A DNA stretch of 64,000 nt from Octopus sinensis. Taxonomy: Eukaryota. Where the stretch lies: NCBI RefSeq assembly GCF_006345805.1, contig NC_042999.1, forward strand, positions 22,568,001 through 22,632,000. Direction: 5' to 3'. Made by a program: the position numbers and the translations under genes. How positions within the stretch are numbered: the stretch's first letter is position 1; the number at the start of each line of letters is the position of its first letter. Below the pieces are notes generated by a model that was not told the DNA's origin, did no database searches, and saw only the letters and a program-made list of their open reading frames with translations. Positions 11,699-23,071 of this stretch are shown one piece after another.

Positions 11699-12085
11699 AC
11701 TAGCAGTATCGCCCGGCGTTGCTCAGGTTTGTAAGGGAAATAACTATAAAGCATTTTTAGAGAGTTATAGCCAAAAAATAGGAAAACAAATGGGAAAAAA
11801 ATTATGGTAAATTTTTTTTGAGAGTTAAAAAAGGTCGAGTTGCGTCCCCTAGACAGTCTGTGGTTTGTGTTTCTGATTCTCGACCCCATGTCGAATTTAT
11901 CGATTTTTTCAGAACTGGGGGAACTTTTCAAAATTTTCGCTGCGTTAGTTTTGAATTATGACATTGGGCTATGTGTGTGTCAAGTTTCATCAGAATCGGT
12001 TGAAAGCCGTGGTCAGAGTGAGGGTACAAGCAAACAGACACACAGAAACACACACAGACAAACTGCCGTTTATATAGAGAGAGAT
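11699..12085 (+). mobile_element. Helitron/HINE-like element (ACTAGCAGTATCGCCCGGCGTTGCTC start)
   Basis: The same termini recur at ~34258-34650 (+) and ~31670-32365 (-). Ends in a CAGA/CA microsatellite followed by TTTATATAGAGAG. Confidence 0.55.
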
Positions 12086-12567
12086 ATATAGGCACAGGCA
12101 CGGCTGAATGGTAAGAAGCTTGCTTATGAACCACATGGTTACGGGTTCAGTCCCACAGCATGGCACCATGGGCAAGTCTCTTCTTTTATAGCCTCGGGCT
12201 GACCAAAGCCTTGTGAGTGAATTTGGTAGACGGAAACTGAATGAAGCCCGTCGCATATATATATATGTGTGTGTGTGTGTGTGTTTGTCACCCCGTCATC
12301 GCTTGACAACCGATGTTGGTATGTTTACATCCCCGTAACTTAGCAATTCAGCAAGAGGCCAATAGAATATGTACTAGGCTTACAAAGAATAAGTCCTGGG
12401 GTCGATTTCTTCAACTAAATCACTTTGATTTTGCTTACTTTAAAGAGATCGTAGCGAATTACGAACATATGAAAATCGAACTTAAATACAGTCAAAAACA
12501 CTAAAGTGAAAAGAATTTGCATTTTGACATATAACATATGAAAGAAATGTGTTTGAACTCAGATTAG

Positions 12568-12989
12568 GATCTTTTCGGTTTGAAAGGCAGTTTTTTCTAG
12601 CGGTGTCATATGAAATTGTCACCCATAATTATGACCCTAGTATCGATCTATTGCATTTCAATCTGTTTTAGGGTTAGGGTTAGTTAGGGTTAGGGGTGGG
12701 GGGAAGGGTATCTTTTTTTCTTCACAGATGTAAATAAACCCAATCTGTTTCTTAAACGAGGGACATATTCATATGGCACAGAATGTTTTCACCTCAACAT
12801 ACGTCATTGATTAGTTGAAATTGCAGAAATTGAAGAAAAAAAACAACAAATATCTTACAAACTATAGAATTTTCTCAATAAAGCCAAGAGAAAAAGATGT
12901 TTTATAAACACATTCTACCAGTATACGAAGTTTAAAAGTGTTTAGTTACGTGGAAATTATTTTAAACTGCCGGTCAAACCGAAAAGATC
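12568..12989. mobile_element. MITE with ~26-bp TIRs and internal TTAGGG repeats
   Basis: GATCTTTTCGGTTTGAAAGGCAGTTT / AAACTGCCGGTCAAACCGAAAAGATC. The right half is homologous to ~40270-40510. Confidence 0.75.
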
Positions 12990-13115
12990 TTCAGATTATT
13001 TTTCACGTATGCCATTCTGTGAATCACTCAACTTATCTTTCCAGACCCATATACTTAATCAACTTCAGTTATCTCCCTTAGCTTATTTTCTTTTTATAAT
13101 TTCGTTTTTGGATTT

Positions 13116-13713
13116 GGTTTGCAAGATTCTTTATATGAGTTCGTGTGTTGAAGCATTTTCTGTTGTGTCTGGGGAGAGTCATTTTCTTTTTGTGCCTTAT
13201 AATTTAATACACTCACCGGTAAAATTTCCACTTATTTCTTATTCTTATTTTTATTGTCCTAAAATTTTCGTTGCACCTTGCAACCTTTTCAATAGTCTTG
13301 ACTATCTATTTCCCATATATGGTTTGCAAGATTCTTTATGTGAGTTCGTGTGTTGAAGCATATTCTGTTGTGTCTGGGGAGGGTCATTTTCTTTTTGTGC
13401 CTTATAATTTAACACACTCACCGGTAAAATTTCCACTTACTTCTTATTTTTATTTTCCTAAAATCTTCGTTGCGCCTTGCAACCTTTTCAATAGTCTTGA
13501 CTATTTATTTCCCATATATGGTTTACAAGATTCTTTATATGAGTTCGTGTGTTGAAGCATATTCTGTTGTCTGGGGAGGGTCATTTTCTTTTTGTGCCTT
13601 ATAATTTAACACACCCACCTGTAAAATTTCCACTTCTTATTTTTATTTTCCTAAACTTTTCGTTGCGCCTTGCAACCTTTTCAATAGTCTTGACTATATA
13701 TTTCCCGTATTTA
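13116..13713. repeat. ~200-bp tandem repeat, 3 units
   Basis: Unit starts GGTTTGCAAGATTCTTTAT at 13116, 13321 and 13520. Confidence 0.9.
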
Positions 13714-13779
13714 TATGAAATTAAAATATATTTTTTTACAAATTCAAACTGTCGGTATTTATTTGTTTATTTTTAACAG

Positions 13780-14528
13780 GATATGAAAGAACGCCTCGCT
13801 CGGTCGGCGCCAGAATTATTGTTTTCTTCTGGTGGGTATTCTGCGCATTATTTCTCATGACATATACAGCGAGTTTGACGAATTATTTGCGCATCATCTC
13901 CCAGTGGGACGCTCATTGGTCCAGTATGCCTGTAGTAGGTGACCTCCAGGAGTTGTCCAATCAGAACGTCATAAAATATGGAATGATAGAGGGTGGATCG
14001 ACAAGCGCATCCTTTGCAAACAGTAACGTAGGCTTCATGAGAAATATCTACACCAATATCAAAAACCGCAATTCTTTTCACAGCTCCATTAATGACGGAG
14101 TTGATAGAATTCGCAAATCGTTTGAAGAACCATATGCTTTCATAATGGAATCACCTTCGGCTATGTATCTTGCCAATCGAAAGCCATGCGATCTCATGCT
14201 CATTTTGGACCCATTAGCATATGAAAGATACTTTGCTTTCGGCTTCAAAAGAGGATCTAACCGCGTCGGCGCTTTCAACCAAGCAATCCAAGAAATGCGA
14301 GAGAGCGGCCGCCTAAATGAACTTAAAAATATTTGGTGGAAAGACCAATGCGCCAGTTTTGACAATGTTTTACAAAAACCAGCGAGGGAATCGTTTTATT
14401 CGGTGACACTCGGAAGTTTTTCGGGAGTTCTCATAATGTTGGCAATTGGTGTGATACTCGGTTCTATTGTAGCAGGAATTGAAGGACTCGTGACCCGACG
14501 AAAATACAGCGTTACCGGAAGCATTTAA
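13780..14528 (+). CDS. iGluR last exon: M3, S2, M4, short tail, stop
   Basis: TTAACAG acceptor, phase 1 gives QG-YERTPRSVGARII. Then TYTASLTNYL (M3), YGMIEGGST, YAFIMES, both disulfide Cys (KPC, WWKDQC), M4, and TAA at 14526-14528. Confidence 0.96.
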
Positions 14529-14728
14529 TGAAATGCTTCAATTAAAAGAAAATAATTACAGAAAACTACATTAATTAAAAAGTGAAAGACAACTATTAAT
14601 TAAGATTTTTAGTTAAACAAAAACAAAAAAAAATAATATTTGATATTTTCTAATCTGCAGTTTCGGAGTGACTCTTTTTTTTACTTTTCTGGGGTTTTTT
14701 TATTATTTTTTTAAAGTCTATTTCTTGA

Positions 14729-14734
14729 AATAAA
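14729..14734 (+). promoter_or_regulatory. Candidate polyadenylation signal of the iGluR gene
   Basis: AATAAA 200 nt after the stop, followed by T/GT-rich sequence. Confidence 0.4.
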
Positions 14735-15577
14735 ATTTCGTCTGCATTTAGATTTTTTGTTTGTTTGTTTATTGTTTTTGAAATGAATCATAAATTTTAA
14801 TCCTTTACTTGTTTTAGTTATTGGACTGTGCCTAGGCTGGAGCACTGCCTTAGAGGGTTTTAGTCGAATACATCATCATCATCATTGTTTAGCGTCCGTT
14901 TTCCATGCTAGCATGGGTTGGACGGTGCAACTGGGGTCTGGGAAGCCAGACGGCTGCACCAGGCCCAGTCTGATCTGGCAATGTTTCTACGGCTGGATGC
15001 CCTTCCTAACGCCAACCACTCCATGAGTCAACTCCGGTTTTTTTTTTTAAGTCTCGTACTAAGTCTCTTTTTCCCAACCACAATGTGACAGAGACATAAA
15101 CAGTGATAGTGGGTGTCCCCATACATGAAAGGGTCCAATTCCTTCTTAGACAAACTTATGGTCCCAAAGTTGGAGTCGACTTTGCTAATCTTTGAACCGA
15201 GGAAAATCAGGATTGGCACCAGGTCCTGCATTCTGATGTTGCATCACTTCAGATTGTCTTTGAAGAAAAAGAGTGGCCTTCCATCTGACCTTCTTCTTGG
15301 GAATTGGCCAAAGAGAAGCATCACCTAAAAAAAAAACTATAGACATATTCCATTGTGAAGTATAGAATTGAAACAAAACACTGTAAATGCATCAGTTATT
15401 TATTATATATAAATATAAATATGTTATACACACCCACATTTATATACATAGATATACACAAATATATACATATTTAAATACATATATATAAATGCAGAAA
15501 TATTCACACAATTAATTTATACATAGAGATACATATATCTATACATATAAATACATTCGTTATATATTGTGTATGTG

Positions 15578-15611
<34 letters not shown>

Positions 15612-15879
15612 TGCTCATATATAAACACATACACAAATTGATGTCTACACATTATATGTAAATATACATATAATGCATATGTATATATAAATATATAATA
15701 TATAATTATTAATAATAATTATATAATTATTTATATATGTATATATAATGTATATGTACATATAAATTATATGTAAATATACATATAATACAAGTACATA
15801 TATGTACATGCATATGTACATGCATGTATATACATACAAGTATACACATAAAAGTATATACATATATACATCCATACTA

Positions 15880-15919
<40 letters not shown>

Positions 15920-16115
15920 CATATAATATATATATATATACATACAAACTTGTACATATATAAGCACAGACACACATACATAGATATACATATGCATGCA
16001 AAACTGCATATTAGATTTATAACACACTTTAAAAGAACAAGTCATATTTGTTCAGTGAGAAAAGATCTTTAAGAAAATGATCCCAGATTTTGATATTATA
16101 ATTACATATATTTTT

Positions 16116-16261
16116 TTTTATCAATTAGCACATCCGCATTAAATTAGATGTGTTGTGTAAATCACCAAAAACTGCTATTAACATCCAGAGATACCATTAG
16201 CAGCAGTTTAAGGCAATCTAGACAACACATCCAATTTCTTATGGATGTGCTAATTAATAAA
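16116..16261. repeat. Fold-back (palindromic MITE-like) element
   Basis: TTTTATCAATTAGCACATCC...GATGTGTTGT pairs with ACAACACATC...GGATGTGCTAATTAATAAA. Confidence 0.75.
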
Positions 16262-16964
16262 TTGTTAGAAATACTGCTACTGTCGCTAATTGCTAATTTA
16301 GTTATTTGTTTTAGTAAATTCTCATAGTTTTATTATTATTATTTTTTTTTTTTTTGAGTCATGTGTATCAGAGTAAAGAAACATAAGTGCACACCAGTCA
16401 TACCTTTTCAAAAGGCAATAACAATGTAAATTACATGAAATGGTTGTAAGAACCAGGAATTAAAAGAAATAAGTTCCAGAATTGTCGATCTGACAGCAGA
16501 AACTGGTTTTCCACAACTTTACTGCACTCACCACTTCTGTAGTAAAATACTGTTGTTTCTATCCACAGGTATTTAAGTTTTATATGAGTTATTTAAGTTT
16601 TATGTGAGTTTATAATAAAAGGATTGGTTAACGAGATAATGCATAATTTAGAACTGTATTTTTAATTGTAGTGATATTGTTATTGCAACCAGTAAACAAA
16701 GCAGAATTACCAAATCAACCAGTCATGAAGTTATTTCTGTTTGAAATAGATGTTTGTTTCTTTTAATCTTTTGATTTCCAGGAAGGAAAATGATGTTGTG
16801 ATGTTCATACCTTTTCCATGTGCATAAGAAGATTAAATAAATGCTAAAAGAGAAATGGCTCTCTCTCTCTCTCTCTAACTAGAGATTGAAACCCTGTTGT
16901 GGTCTTGAAATAACATCTTTTGCTAATCCACCATATGGCACTCACTGCTTAAATTAATATATGA

Positions 16965-17689
16965 TTAAAAACAAAGCTCTTTCGGAGGAGGTCGAGTTGG
17001 AATTTTCCCTAGAATAAATTTCTGAGCTTGATATTGTTCTAGTTCAGGAGGGGTGAGATCTTCAAATGGTGTATAGATTGTCAAGGATTCCAGTGATGGT
17101 GGAGACTGGGGAGTGAAAACTGACGAACCAACAGAAGGGACTTGATCGAAAACAGACCCGGTCATACCTGATGGCATGGCTGATCCAAACACAGAAGACT
17201 GCTGCACCGGTTGCTGCCCAAATACAGAACTTTGCTGAGAAGGAGCAGGAGCAGGAGCAAGACCAGGTTTACCAAAAAGACCAGCCCCGCTGCTAGCGCT
17301 AACATTAGACGACAATGATGAATTTCCAAAAACAGACCCAAATGAAGTATTTTGATTCAGCGAAGGGGCCGAATTACCAAAGACACTCATTTGGGAGTTT
17401 GCACCTATCGGTTGCACAGTATTTAAAGTTGAAGAATTCCCAAATGTATTTTGTAATGGCGAAGCTGCTGTCTGCACGCCTCCAAATACACTGCTGACGT
17501 TCCCAAATGTATTATTTCCTTGATTTGGCACATTTGCATAATTGCACATCATGTTCCCTGAACTGTTGCCACCAAATGCACTGCCCTGACTCTGGAAAGG
17601 AGTGGAACCGCTCTCCTGCTGTCCAAACACCTTTGATGCTCCAGACACAAAACTTAAAGACTGTCCGAAAGCATTTGAAGATCCAAAGG
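16965..17689 (-). CDS. NUP42: NUP42 exon 8 (last): FG-repeat region and C-terminal GLE1-binding segment
   Basis: Acceptor TTTATTTCAG, phase 1. Many FG/SVFG repeats. Ends LTPPELEQYQAQKFILGKIPTRPPPKELCF*, matching the NUP42 C-terminal motif (F-x-LGKIP-x2-PPP-x-EL). Confidence 0.95.
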
Positions 17690-18848
17690 CTGAAATAAAA
17701 CAAAATGAAGGAAAATTCATTAATCTTGATTGGGTTGAGATTTTTTTTTTTTTTTTTTTTACCTTAACTCGTTAGCATACAAATTATTCGGCCAAAAATA
17801 AAGCTTATTTATTCACATTGTTTTGAATTAATTATATACTCTTTTACTTGTTTCAGTCATTTGACTGTAGCCATGCTGGAGCACCGCCTTTAGTCGAGCA
17901 ATTCGACCCCAGCACTTATTCTTTGTAAGCCAAGTACTTATTCTATCGGTCTCTTTTGCCGAACCACTAAGTTACAGGGACGTAAACAAACCAGCATCGG
18001 TTGTCAGGCGATGTTAGGGGGACAAACACAGACACACAAACACATACACACACACATAGACATATATATATATACATATATACGATGGGCTTCTTTCAGT
18101 TTCCGTCTACCAAATCCACTCACAAGGCTTTGGTCGGCCCGAGGCTATAGTAGAAGACACTTACCCAAGATGCCACGCAATGGGACTGAACCTGGAACCA
18201 TGAGGTTCATAAGCAAGCTACTTAACACAGAGCCACTCCTACAACTATATATTATCTTATAGCATTGAAATTTTGATGATGTGATCATATATTTTTATAA
18301 CTGACATTATGGGGGTAGGTACGAGAAACCAGATCTGTCCAATTTCAACATAAAAGAACTAGAATGTTTGAGCTGGATATGGCCAGTTTAAGTGCCAAAG
18401 GATGCAGGTTAATTGTTGAAGAGGGGATAATATAACTGGTTTCATTAACCTTGATATATTAGAGTTATGTTCTTGAATGGAGGTATGAAAAAACAAAGCC
18501 ATCATTGAAAGGAGTGGAACATGGAAGGAACTTTCAGGAACACTAGTGGTTTACTGAGGTGGAAGGCTGTGAACTTTCCTGTATCGAAGTACAATAAGCT
18601 GAAAAAAATTGTTTCATATTTCACAGTAGGCAACCAGGGTTGCCAGGTATGTGAATGAGATACAGGAGTTAAGGAATGGAGTAGATAATAAATGCCCAGA
18701 TATTATCTACTCCATATATATATATATAACTGCCAAAGTTATCTTACTAAAATAAAAAATAAGACTATCATATTTAAAAAAAAAAAAAAAATAGACTATC
18801 ATATACAAAAAAAAAATGGCACAACGTAATAAATATATTATTGCTTAC

Positions 18849-18874
18849 CTGAAGACTGAGCTGGACTTGAGGGA
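18849..18874 (-). CDS. NUP42: NUP42 exon 7, 26-nt micro-exon (SPSSPAQSS)
   Basis: TTTCAG acceptor, CAG|GTAAGC donor. Phase 2-1 exactly bridges exons 6 and 8. Confidence 0.85.
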
Positions 18875-19957
18875 CTGAAACATAAAGATATAATAAAATA
18901 AAACAGTTCTTAATTACAAAACATGAAAGAAAGGAAATATACATCAGAACTGCTTCTCAACCATGCACAAGGTACATGTGGGATGGGGATTATCATCATC
19001 ATTGTTTTATATCTGTTTTTCATGCTGGCATGGGGTGAATGGGTCAGCCCAGTCCTAGACGAATTTTATTCAGAGTTGAAGGCAGTGAGCTGGCAGAAAC
19101 GTTAGCATGCCGGGTGAAATGCTTAGCAGTATTTCGTCTGCCGTTACGTTCTGAGTTCAAATTCCACCAAGCTTGACTTTGCCTTTCATCCTTTCAGGGT
19201 CAATAAATTAAGTACCAGTTACACACTGGGGTCGATGTAATCGACTTAATCCATTTGTCTGTCCTTGTTTGTCCCCTCTGTGTTTAACCCCTTGTGGGTA
19301 GTAAAGAAATAGGTTTTTATTCAGAGTTACCATTCTCCAAGATGTGCTGAGGAACCAAATCATGCTCACACATTTCAATTATTGGCTTAGTTTCTACAGC
19401 TGAGTGTTCTTCGTAATGCCGACCATTATGTTACTGGATACATTTTATCATGGATCCAGCACTAAACAGATTGTTGTGTCTTTGATACGACTGAGGGATC
19501 TTCTCAACTTCACAGAATGTATTTGGTACATTTCATAATGGGTCCAGTACAAGGGAATTTGCCATGTTCTCAACAAAACTAATGAGACTTCTTCACCCCA
19601 GGTCACTGCTAGCTTGACAACTACTTTACAAAATGCCCTTCAGTGGATTTAGAGTTGCACCAACATTAGTGGGGTTGCTTTGTACCTCGTAAGAAACAAA
19701 AAGTCCTCACCTCTCTTTTACTCTTTTACTCGTTTCAGTCCTTTGATTGCGGCCATGCTGGAGCACTGCCTTTTAGTCGAGCAAATCGACCCCAGGACTT
19801 ATTCTTTGTAAGCCTAGTACTTATTCTATCAGTCTCTTTTGCCGAACCGCTAAGTTATGGGGACATAAACACACCAGCATCAGTTGTCAAGTGATGTAAG
19901 GGGGGACAAACACAGGCACACAAACATATACATATATATATACATATATATATTATA

Positions 19958-20535
19958 GTAGTTGATAGCTTCCGCTACCTAGGAGACCAAGTCAGTAGCG
20001 GGGGTGGGTGTGCTGAAAGTGTAACTGCTAGAGTAAGAATAGCCTGGGCAAAGTTTAGAGAGCTCTTACCCCTGCTGGTGACAAAAGGCCTCTCGCTAGA
20101 GTAAAGGCAGACTATATGATGCGTGTGTACGTACAGCCATGCTACATGGTAGTGAAACATGGGCCGTGACAGCTGAGGATATGCGTAAGCTTGCAAGAAT
20201 GAAGCCAGTATGCTCCGATGGATGTGTAATGTCAGTTGTTTCATAATCGTCAGAGTGTAAGTACTTTGAGAGAAAAGTTGAACCTAAGAAGTGTCAGTTG
20301 TGGTGTGCAAGAGAGACGGCTGCGCTGGTATGGTCATGTGACGAGAATGGCTGAGATAGTTGTGTGCAAAAGTGCTACACCCTAGCAGTTGAGGGAACCT
20401 GTGGAGAGGTAGACCCAGGAAAACCTGGGACGAGGTGGTGAAGCACGACCTTCGAACTTTAGGTCTCACCAAGGAAATGACTGAAGACCGAGTCCTATGG
20501 AAGTGTGCTGTGCATGAGAGGACCCGGCAGACTAG
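19958..20535 (+). pseudogene. 5'-truncated, frameshifted RTE LINE ORF C-terminus
   Basis: Homologous at the nucleotide level to 50735-51317 (VVDSFRYLGDQ...RPRKTWDEVVKHDL), with internal deletions. Confidence 0.9.
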
Positions 20536-23035
20536 TCAGGCCATATCCGTGGCCCCTACCTGGGACGTAGTCGATCCACCTGTGCATACCTTCCTCTTGT
20601 GACACTTGTGAAGACCTGCTGAGGCAAGTGAAAATCAATCAAAATAGATGAACATCAATGGAATTTGTATCTTTGTGGTACCAGTGCCTTTGGCACACAA
20701 GAAACCATCCGAACGTGGCCGTAGCCAGTACCGTACCTCTCGACTGGCCTCCGTGCTGTGGGAACATAGTGGCACATAAAAACACCATCCGAAGACCCGG
20801 CAAGACTAGTCAGGTCCATAACCCGTGGGCCCTACCTGGGACGTAGTCAGTCACCTGTACATACTTCCTTCTTGTGACACTTGTGAAGACCTGTTGAGGC
20901 AAGTGAAAATCAAAACAAATCAAAATAGATGACATCAATGGAATTTGTATCTTTGTGGTACCAGTGCCGGTGGCACACAAGAATCCCACCGAACGTGGCC
21001 GTAGTCAGTACCGCTTGTGGTACCAAGTGCCGGTGGCACACAAGAATCCATCCGAACGTGGCCGTAGTCAGTACCAATACCGCATCACTGGCCATCGTGC
21101 TGTGGGCACATAACAACACCATCCGGTCCGTTGCCGTTCGCCAGCCTCATCTAGCACCTGTGTCGGTGGCACATAAGTAGTCAGTACCAACCTGCTTGTG
21201 GTACCAGTGCCGGTGGCACACAAGAATCCATCCGAACATGGCCGTAGTCAGTACCGCATCACTGGCCATCGTGCTGTGGGCACATAACAAACAACCATCC
21301 GGTCGTGGCCGTTCGCCAGCCTCACTAGCACCGGTGTCGGTGGCACATAAAAACACCATCCGAAGACCCGGCAAGACTAGTCAGGCCATAAACCATGGCC
21401 CCTACCTGGGACGTAGTCGTCCACCTGTGCATACCTTCCTCCTTGTGATACTTGTGAAGGCCTGTTGAGGCAAGTGAAAATCAAAATCAAAATCAAATCA
21501 AAACAATCAAAATAGATGAACATCAATGGAATTTGTATCTTTGTGGTACCAGTGCCGGTGGCACACAAGAGAAAACCATCCGAAAGTGGCCGTAGCCAGT
21601 ACCGCACGCTCGACTGGCCTCCGTACTGTGGGCACCCGAAAGTGGCCATAGCCAGTACCGCATCGACTGGCCTCCGTGCTGTGGGCACATGACAAACACC
21701 ATCCGATCGTGGCCGTTCGCCAGCCTCATCTAGCACCTGTGTCGGTGGCACATAAAAACACCATCCGAAGACCCGGCAAGACTAGTCAGGCCATAACCCA
21801 TGGCCCCTACCTGGGACGTAGTCAGTCCACCTGTGCATACCTTCCTTCTTGTGACACTTGTGAAGACCTGTTGAGGCAAGTGAAAATCAAAATCAAAACA
21901 AATCAAAATAGAGATGACATCAATGGAATCTGTATCTTTGTGGTACCAGTGCCGGTGGCACACAAGAGAACCATCCGAACGTGGCCGTAGCCAGTTCCAC
22001 ATCGACCGGCCTCCGTGCTGTGGGCACGTAACAAACACCATCCGATCATGGCCATTCGCCAGCCTCATCTGGCACCTGTGTCGGTGGCACATAAAAACAC
22101 CTTCCGAAGACCCGGCAAGACTAGTCAGTCCACCTGTGCATACCTTCCTTCTTGTGACACTTGTGAAGACCGGTTGAGGCAAGTGAAAATCAAAATCAAA
22201 TCAAATCAAATCAAATCAAATCAAAATAGACAAAATAGATGAACATCAATGGAATTTGTATCTTGTGGTACCAGTGCCTGTGGCACACAAGAAATCCATC
22301 AGTCCTGTAGTCAGTGCGGTGGGCACATGACAAACACCATCCGATCGTGGCCGTTCGCCAGCCTCATCTAGCACCTGTGTCGGTGGCACATAAAAACACC
22401 ATCCGAAGACCCGGCCAGACTAGTCAGGCCATAACCCATGGCCCCTACCTGGGACGTAGTCAGTCCACCTGTGCATACCTTCCTTCTTGTGACACTTGTG
22501 AAGACCTGTTGAGGCAAGTGAAAATCAAAATCAAAACAAATCAAAATAGATGAACATCAATGGAATTTGTATCTTTGTGGTACCAGTGCCGGTGGCACGT
22601 GGCACACAATAAAACCATCCACCGAACGTGGCCGTAGCCAGTACCGCATCGACTGGCCTCCGTGCTGTGGGCACGTAACAAGCACCATCCGATCGTGGCC
22701 GTTTGCCAGCCTCATCTGGCACCTGTGTCGGTGGCACATAAAAACACCATCCGAGCGTGGCCGTCTGCCAGCCTCGTCTGGCACCTGTGTCGGGGCACAT
22801 AAAAACACCATCCGAGCGTGGCCGTTTGCCAGCCTCGTCTGGCACCTGTGTCGGTGGCACATAAAATCACCCACTACACTCTCGGAGTGGTTGGTGTTAG
22901 GAAGGGCATCCAGCTGTAGAAACACTGCCAGATCTGACTGGACTGGTGCAGCTTTCGGGCTCCCCAGACCCCAGTTGAACCGTCCAACCCATGCTAGCAT
23001 GGAAAGCGGACGTTAAATGATGATGATGATGATGA

Positions 23036-23037
<2 letters not shown>
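20520..23037 (+). repeat. Tandem satellite of the RTE 3' UTR (6 units), ending in the RTE (GAT)n tail
   Basis: Unit start GACCCGGC(A)AGACTAGTCAG at about 20520, 20793, 21362, 21768, 22106 and 22406. Each unit has (AAATC)n and hairpin sub-repeats. Confidence 0.9.

Positions 23038-23071
<34 letters not shown>

Noticed and set aside
14499-14528. iGluR C-terminus as a class I PDZ ligand
   Set aside because: Ends T-G-S-I; position -2 is Gly rather than Ser/Thr.
20520-22900. CRISPR-like look: palindromic repeats separated by variable sequence
   Set aside because: Units are homologous to the RTE 3' UTR, the 'spacers' are related to each other, no cas genes are present, and the context is a eukaryotic intron.
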